Positions 58,549 through 64,000 of a stretch of 64,000 bases of DNA are shown piece after piece. The translations under genes were made by a program, and so were the position numbers. Within the stretch, counting starts at the first letter, position 1. Each line of letters opens with the position of its first letter. Below the pieces are notes generated by a model that ran no database searches, had not been told where the DNA came from, and saw only the letters and a list, made by a program, of their open reading frames with translations. Source of the stretch: Candidatus Chisholmbacteria bacterium (GTDB lineage: Bacteria > Patescibacteriota > Microgenomatia > UBA1400 > Chisholmbacteraceae); NCBI GenBank assembly GCA_963704905.1, contig CAVPHZ010000002.1:634-64633 (forward strand). The letters are read 5' to 3'.

Positions 58549-59465
58549 AAATACTAGTTACAGGTGGAGCGGGTTTCATCGCTTCCCACATTGTTGATAA
58601 GTACATTGAGCTCGGACACGAAGTTGCTATTCTTGATGATCTTTCAACTGGGGTTAGTCAGAACATCAACAGCAAGTCACACTTTATAAAAGTTGATATT
58701 CGTAGTCAAGAGGCTGCCGAGCTTCTCAGTGATTTTAAGCCAGAAATCGTAAATCATCACGCTGCCCAGATAGATCTGCGAAAATCTGTGGAAAATCCTG
58801 CACATGATGCAGACATTAATATTTTGGGTTTACTCAATCTCATGCAGGCAATCATTTTAATTGAATCTGTAAAAAAAGTTATTTTCGCTTCAACTGGGGG
58901 AGCCATCTATGGTGATACAGAAACACTTCCCACTCCCGAAGACTATCCCACGAGTCCAGCATCACCATATGGAATTGCAAAGCTTGCAAGTGAATACTAC
59001 CTTAGCTATTATCAGAAAATACATAACATACCGTTTGTGAGCCTCCGCTATGGCAATGTGTATGGACCACGACAAAATCCTCACGGTGAAGCAGGCGTGG
59101 TCGCAATTTTTTCAAAAATGCTTCTTAAAGGCTTGCATCCTTTGATCAATGGAAACGGATTACAGACAAGGGACTTTGTATTCGTTTCTGATGTTGTGGA
59201 AGCAAACGTCAAGGCGCTTGAGGAGAGCACCAACGGAATTTACAATATTGCCACCGGGAAAGAAACCAACATCAACACAATATTTGAGAGTCTAGCACAG
59301 GAAGTTTCTCCCGAGCTAAGAGCAAAGCATGGTCCTGCAAAACCCGGAGAGCAAAAACGGAGTTCGCTCGATTGCTCCAAGGCCAAACAAGAACTCGGTT
59401 GGGAAGCCAAAACTGATCTTCAATCTGGAATTAAGCAAACGCTTTCCTACTTCAAAACAGCATGA
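58545..59465 (+). CDS. NAD-dependent epimerase/dehydratase (UDP-hexose 4-epimerase-like SDR)
   Basis: MKILVTGGAGFIASHIVDKY Rossmann motif and catalytic YGIAKLASEYY. Confidence 0.8.
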   Translation: MKILVTGGAGFIASHIVDKYIELGHEVAILDDLSTGVSQNINSKSHFIKVDIRSQEAAELLSDFKPEIVNHHAAQIDLRKSVENPAHDADINILGLLNLMQAIILIESVKKVIFASTGGAIYGDTETLPTPEDYPTSPASPYGIAKLASEYYLSYYQKIHNIPFVSLRYGNVYGPRQNPHGEAGVVAIFSKMLLKGLHPLINGNGLQTRDFVFVSDVVEANVKALEESTNGIYNIATGKETNINTIFESLAQEVSPELRAKHGPAKPGEQKRSSLDCSKAKQELGWEAKTDLQSGIKQTLSYFKTA

Positions 59466-60145
59466 AACTGACGCTTATCATTCCTGCCTTCAACGAGGAA
59501 AGAGTCATAACCCAAGTCCTTCGTAATGCCAAAAAGGAGCTATCCGGTATACCTAACCTTGAGATTGTCGTGGTCGATGATGGTTCATCTGATGCAACAT
59601 CATCAAGAGCGCAAGAGCAAAATGTGACTGTCCTGCGACATCCAATTAACCGTGGTCTTGGAGGAGCACTTGGGACAGGCTTAGAATATGCAAAACGACA
59701 TAACACAGATATTGCAGTGACATTCGATGCTGACGGTCAGCATGATGCAAAGGATATCAGGAGAGTAATTGAACCTATTGTAAAAAACAAAGCCGACGTA
59801 GTGATCGGATCAAGAACTCTCGAAGGCTTTAATAAAATTCCATTTGATAGAAAAGTAATAATACTCTTAAGCAATGTCGTAACCAGGTTACTCTATGGCC
59901 TGAAAACAACTGATTCTCAGTCGGGTTTTCGGGCTTTTTCAAGAACAGCGTTGCAGCTATTGAATATTAAAACCCAAGGAATGGAAGTCTCTACTGAGTT
60001 TTTTTCAGAGATCAAAACAAAAAAATTAGAGTGTACAGAAATACCAATTTCAGTGATATATTCTGAGTACTCCCGAAGTAAGGGCCAGTCAAATTTGAAT
60101 GCGTTTTCAGTTTTAGCTAGACTACTGCTGCGGATAGCGAGGTAA
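59462..60145 (+). CDS. GT2 glycosyltransferase, polyprenyl-phosphate sugar synthase (DPM1/GtrB-like)
   Basis: LTLIIPAFNEERVI...IVVVDDGSSDAT...NRGLGGALGTG...TFDADGQHD...IGSRTLEG...SQSGFRAFSRTAL. Confidence 0.88.
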   Translation: MKLTLIIPAFNEERVITQVLRNAKKELSGIPNLEIVVVDDGSSDATSSRAQEQNVTVLRHPINRGLGGALGTGLEYAKRHNTDIAVTFDADGQHDAKDIRRVIEPIVKNKADVVIGSRTLEGFNKIPFDRKVIILLSNVVTRLLYGLKTTDSQSGFRAFSRTALQLLNIKTQGMEVSTEFFSEIKTKKLECTEIPISVIYSEYSRSKGQSNLNAFSVLARLLLRIAR

Positions 60146-60156
60146 CAGTAATCAAT

Positions 60157-60531
60157 ATGTCATTCTTATATCTTCCCATACAGTTTCTCATGCTGATGTT
60201 TCTCCTCTTTGCTTTCACAAGGGTTTTTCTTCGATTAAGAGAGGGAACGATAAGCCCCGGAATGTTTTTGTTTTGGTCTGGAATTTGGATTCTCGCCTCC
60301 GTTGGAGTCATAGAGCCTGGGTTCACTACCTGGGTAGCAAATCGTATAGGAATTGGCAGAGGAGTGGACGCAATAATTTACATCTCCCTATTACTGTTGT
60401 TTTATCTGATGTATAGAACCAATGTATTTATTGAGAATTTGAGACATGAAATAACTGAACTGACAAGAAAAATTGCTCTAGAGCAAAAAAATGAATTAAA
60501 ACAGGCAAAAAAAAATCGTAGAAAGAACTAG
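60157..60531 (+). CDS. DUF2304-family small membrane protein (commonly co-encoded with GT2)
   Basis: 124 aa with three or four TM segments and a charged C-terminal tail (KIALEQKNELKQAKKNRRKN); it lies immediately downstream of a DPM1-like GT2, as is typical for DUF2304. Confidence 0.6.
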   Translation: MSFLYLPIQFLMLMFLLFAFTRVFLRLREGTISPGMFLFWSGIWILASVGVIEPGFTTWVANRIGIGRGVDAIIYISLLLLFYLMYRTNVFIENLRHEITELTRKIALEQKNELKQAKKNRRKN

Positions 60532-60571
60532 GTATGACCCATAACAATATTTCTCAGCCTGAAGCAGCACA

Positions 60572-61666
60572 GTGAAAATCCTTCTTGTTACTGAATATTT
60601 TCCCAAGAATGAAAATAAAAAGATGCTTGGCGGTGTACAAGTACGAACGTATTATGTTTCAAAGTACCTCCAAAAGCGGCACACTATCAGTGTCACAAGT
60701 CTAGATCAAGGTAGTATAGAAGCAACGACTGCTTCGATTCTTCGTCGCCTTCAATTTTCCCTAAAAACCGCACTGTCAACCCCTCAGCCAAAACCAGATA
60801 TCATCGAGGCTTCAAACGTAACTGCGTATATTCCCGCGTACCTACTTGGAAAAAGGCTACATATTCCAGTAGTCGTCTGGATTCCAGATGTCATCGGCTT
60901 TGCTCAATGGAGACGCTATTTTAGTCTCCCGGTTGCGCTGGTGGGTAGTCTGATTGAAGAGATTAGTCTTAGGCTCCCATTCTCAGGGATGATTGCAATG
61001 AGCCAGAGCACGAAAGAGAAAATACGAAAACGAGGAGTAATGTCTGAACAAATTAGCGTGGTATATGGAGGAGTTGAAGTAGAGAAGGTGAATAAAATGA
61101 AGGTTGAGAAAAATAAGAGACCTACAATTTGCGCAATTGCCCGGCTTGTATCATATAAAAGACTTGAGGACCTTCTCAATGCACTTCCGCAGATAAAAAC
61201 CGAAATTGAGGACATTCAGTGTGTCATTATTGGTGATGGTCCGGAAAGAAATAATCTCCAGAATCAAATAAACAGACTACGGCTAACTCAACATGTCACC
61301 TTACTCGGGAGTTTAAGTCACGAAGAGACCCTGAGGAGGTTAAAACAGTCTCATGTATTCTGCCTCCCCTCACTGGTTGAGGGATTTGGCATTGTAACCG
61401 TTGAAGCCATGGCTGCCGGAATTCCCTATGTTAGCAGCCGCATAAAACCTACTGTCGAAATAACGCATGGTGGAAGAGGCGGTTTGCTTTTCAGTCCAAA
61501 AGATTCATCAGATCTAGCAAAAAATGTTATCAGGCTCTTAAAGGATGAAGTGCTATATGAAAATAAGAAACAGCAGGGATTGAAGTTAGCCCGAAGTTTC
61601 GATTGGAGCATCATAGCGCAACAGACACTAAAAGCGTATCAACAGGCTGTTACTTTATCAAATTAA
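60572..61666 (+). CDS. GT4 (GT-B fold) glycosyltransferase (GTG start)
   Basis: EGFGIVTVEAMAAGIPYVSSRIKPTVEITHGGRGGLLF is the GT4 E-x7-E region. Confidence 0.8.
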   Translation: MKILLVTEYFPKNENKKMLGGVQVRTYYVSKYLQKRHTISVTSLDQGSIEATTASILRRLQFSLKTALSTPQPKPDIIEASNVTAYIPAYLLGKRLHIPVVVWIPDVIGFAQWRRYFSLPVALVGSLIEEISLRLPFSGMIAMSQSTKEKIRKRGVMSEQISVVYGGVEVEKVNKMKVEKNKRPTICAIARLVSYKRLEDLLNALPQIKTEIEDIQCVIIGDGPERNNLQNQINRLRLTQHVTLLGSLSHEETLRRLKQSHVFCLPSLVEGFGIVTVEAMAAGIPYVSSRIKPTVEITHGGRGGLLFSPKDSSDLAKNVIRLLKDEVLYENKKQQGLKLARSFDWSIIAQQTLKAYQQAVTLSN

Positions 61667-61709
61667 ACTAAATCATTATCCATATGTTAGAATAACATTC
61701 CAAAATTGT

Positions 61710-62723
61710 ATGAAAAACAAAAGAGTTCTCATTACTGGAGGAGCAGGTTTCATCGGAGCAAATATCGCGAGACACTATCTCGAAAAGGGGTATGAAGTCA
61801 CAATTTACGATAATTTATTTCGGAAGAATGTTGAGACCAATGTCAGATGGCTCAAGCGACAGTTTAGAAAGAATCTTCTGGTTACGATAGCTGATGTAAG
61901 GAACTTCACGAAACTGAAAAACGCCGTAAAAGGGAAAGATGTTATCTTCCATTGCGCAGGTCAAACGGCGGTAACCACGTCAATCGAAGATCCAAGACAA
62001 GATTACGAGATGAACGCTCAAGGTACTTTTAATGTTCTAGAGTCAATGCGTCAACTTCATTATAAGGGGATGATGTTTTATTGCTCGACAAATAAAGTAT
62101 ATGGAGAGATGAGCAGAGTCCGGACAACTTCCCGGGGAAAGCGGTACGTATCTATCGAATCACCCAGCATCGATGAGTCTGAACGTATCTCATTCTACTC
62201 GCCGTATGGTTGTTCAAAGGGCAGCGGAGATCAGTACACTTTAGATTACGCCAGAATATACGGATTAAAAACAGTAGTATTTCGTCAGTCATGTATATAC
62301 GGTGCACACCAGTTTGGAGTTGAAGATCAAGGCTGGGTGGCACACTTTGCAGCATCAGCAATTCTTGACAAAACCTTAAAAATATACGGAGACGGGAAAC
62401 AGGTTCGAGATATTTTATACATCGATGATCTGGTTCGGGCTTTCGACAAAGCCTATCGGAATTCTTCGACTACGGCAGGACAGGTATATAACATAGGAGG
62501 AGGAATTGACAACACAGTTTCATTAATTGAACTGACGGAGATATTGGAGAAGATCACAGGCAGGAAAATGAAAATGAAGTTCGCTAAGGAACGTAAAGGC
62601 GATCAAAAGTATTACGTCTCAAATATTGACAAAGCCTATAGAGACTTCCACTGGAAGCCAAAAATATCAGTGGAAAGAGGAATTCACATGCTCTACGAAT
62701 GGCTTGAGGAATCCTTGACATAG
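61710..62723 (+). CDS. NAD-dependent epimerase/dehydratase, CDP-paratose 2-epimerase-like
   Basis: RVLITGGAGFIGANIARHYLEKGYEVTIYDNLFRKNVETNVRWL resembles the RfbE/CDP-tyvelose epimerase N-terminus (DNLSRkG...NL.WL); catalytic YGCSKGSGDQY. Confidence 0.65.
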   Translation: MKNKRVLITGGAGFIGANIARHYLEKGYEVTIYDNLFRKNVETNVRWLKRQFRKNLLVTIADVRNFTKLKNAVKGKDVIFHCAGQTAVTTSIEDPRQDYEMNAQGTFNVLESMRQLHYKGMMFYCSTNKVYGEMSRVRTTSRGKRYVSIESPSIDESERISFYSPYGCSKGSGDQYTLDYARIYGLKTVVFRQSCIYGAHQFGVEDQGWVAHFAASAILDKTLKIYGDGKQVRDILYIDDLVRAFDKAYRNSSTTAGQVYNIGGGIDNTVSLIELTEILEKITGRKMKMKFAKERKGDQKYYVSNIDKAYRDFHWKPKISVERGIHMLYEWLEESLT

Positions 62724-62765
62724 ACTGTTAATTTACTATTTCTTCAGATATTCCTAGAAAATGAC

Positions 62766-63779
62766 ATGGGAAAAATCCGGATTGCAACTCTCATTGACGC
62801 ATGGTTTCCATTTGTCGGCGGTGGTCAGGTGCATGTGCAAGAGTTGACTAAAGCTCTATCACCAAAGTGTGACTTTACAATCTTTCACTCCGATTCTGCA
62901 AGCTCAGCATCAAGAGCAGCGTGGTCGATCAGCGTGATCCCAAAAGTCATCAAAGAAAATAAGAAAAAAAAGTTTGATCTCATCCACGCACATGCTTTTA
63001 TCAGCGGTTTCCCGGCTAAAATTCTTTCAAAAATATTACATATTCCTGTTGTATTCACAGTGCACGGCAGTCACACGTTAGATCTTTGGAATTACTCCAA
63101 GGAATCAGTGAATGATGATATCCATGTATCTTGGGGAAAATATCTTCTGGAAAAGTGGTTGCTGACGCAGATTAAATATGATCGTCTAATTTCTGTAAGT
63201 AGCAGCTTCTTATCATACAAAAACCTGAATACCAATATGTCAGTGATCCCGAATGGAGTAGATACCACAAAGTTTGACAGAGTCCATGTAAGAAAGAAAA
63301 ACAATTTTACACTTATCTTTGTCGGTAGAGACGACCCCGTGAAAGGTATGAAGTATTTAGAAAAAGCAATGCAAATGATCAAACAATCAAACAGGCAGGT
63401 AAAGTTATTGAGAATATCAGATGGAAGACGTAAAGGAAAAAAACTTATTGAAGCATATAAATCAGCTCATCTTTTTGTGCTTCCGTCACTTGCGGAAGGA
63501 CAGCCGATCTCTCTTCTCGAAGCCTGGTCGGCCAAGCTCCCTGTCATTGTCACAGATGTGGGGGATAATAGACGATTAGTTAAGAATGGAGTCAATGGCT
63601 ATCTAGTACCTCCTGCAGATGCTGCTGTACTCGCAAATACGATTCTGAAAGCAATGAAAAACCCTAACCTTGCCAAGCTTGGCTTGTCAGGATACAATCT
63701 GGTCAAGAAAAGCTATTCTTGGGATAACATGGCAAATAAAACACTCAAAGTCTATAAGGAGGTTCTAGATGGCAATTAA
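62766..63779 (+). CDS. GT4 (GT-B fold) glycosyltransferase
   Basis: N-terminal FPFVGGGQVHV glycine loop and C-terminal LPSLAEGQPISLLEAWSAKLPVIVTDVGDNRRLV. Confidence 0.8.
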   Translation: MGKIRIATLIDAWFPFVGGGQVHVQELTKALSPKCDFTIFHSDSASSASRAAWSISVIPKVIKENKKKKFDLIHAHAFISGFPAKILSKILHIPVVFTVHGSHTLDLWNYSKESVNDDIHVSWGKYLLEKWLLTQIKYDRLISVSSSFLSYKNLNTNMSVIPNGVDTTKFDRVHVRKKNNFTLIFVGRDDPVKGMKYLEKAMQMIKQSNRQVKLLRISDGRRKGKKLIEAYKSAHLFVLPSLAEGQPISLLEAWSAKLPVIVTDVGDNRRLVKNGVNGYLVPPADAAVLANTILKAMKNPNLAKLGLSGYNLVKKSYSWDNMANKTLKVYKEVLDGN

Positions 63780-63942
63780 AAAAGATCTCATTGATATCCT
63801 TGCATGTCCGGACTGCAGAGGAGATATTAAGTATTCTAAGAGAGGAAAAAAAGAATCTTTAAAGTGCGTTAAATGCAAGCGAGTCTTTGAGGTAAAAGAC
63901 GGTATCCCCATTATGCTGCCAAAGGACTTCAAAATCGAATAA
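63769..63942 (+). CDS. Trm112/YcaR-like zinc-ribbon protein (DUF343)
   Basis: 57 aa, so absent from the 60-aa ORF track. LIDILACPDCRGDIKY...LKCVKCKRVFEVKDGIPIMLP is the classic Trm112p-like CPxC...CxxC + DGIP signature. It overlaps the upstream stop by 11 nt. Confidence 0.6.
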   Translation: MAIKKDLIDILACPDCRGDIKYSKRGKKESLKCVKCKRVFEVKDGIPIMLPKDFKIE

Positions 63943-64000
63943 CAGCTACTCCACAACCTATGAGAATTGTTGTTATCGCCGCAGACCTCATGCCAGACAA

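Noticed and set aside
63959-64000. Start of another + strand ORF (MRIVVIAADLMPD...) at the window edge
   Set aside because: Only about 14 codons are visible, which is too short to assign. It is plausible as a gene start but was not listed as a feature.

Overview
This window is almost entirely a single-strand, densely packed glycan-biosynthesis and glycosylation island. About 50 genes lie on the + strand with almost no intergenic space, and one methyltransferase gene lies on the - strand. Roughly half of all gene junctions are ATGA/GTGA start-stop overlaps. I found no rRNA, tRNA, CRISPR array, transposase or integrase.

Gene content:
- Nucleotide-sugar enzymes sit at both edges: a partial ugd/algD-like dehydrogenase, an rmd-like reductase and gmd at the 5' end; two NAD-dependent epimerases at the 3' end.
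- About 11 GT2 glycosyltransferases. Six are of the polyprenyl-phosphate-sugar synthase type (DPM1/GtrB/Alg5-like), and one of these is fused to a GtrA-like 4-TM domain. Three are WaaE/KdtX-like.
- Four GT4 (GT-B) enzymes, three SAM methyltransferases, a Wzx-like MOP flippase, an HD-domain phosphohydrolase, a DUF2304 protein and a Trm112-like zinc ribbon.
- About 25 large polytopic membrane proteins that look like GT-C-fold, lipid-carrier-dependent glycosyltransferases. They fall into several paralog families:
  - YfhO-like: four canonical copies.
  - A divergent trio that shares the YfhO-type C-terminal 'PGW' domain.
  - ArnT/PMT-like (GT83/GT39-like): at least eight copies plus one decayed pseudogene.
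  - DUF2029/GT87-like: three copies.
  - A PIG-V-like protein.
  - A pair with an unrecognised N-terminal signature.

The recurring arrangement (a cytoplasmic GT2 synthase that charges a lipid carrier, followed by one or more GT-C transferases) suggests a hyper-expanded three-component surface glycosylation system of the kind known from the B. subtilis CsbB/GtrA/YfhO paradigm. Here it is multiplied many-fold by tandem duplication, with signs of ongoing gene birth and death (a frameshifted GT2, a split YfhO, a decayed ArnT-like pseudogene). The sequence is AT-rich by eye. The gene-overlap architecture and glycosyltransferase content suggest a small-genome bacterium, possibly Patescibacteria/CPR-like, but this cannot be settled from the sequence alone. 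All family assignments rest on motif recognition from the translated ORFs and need HMM and structure confirmation.
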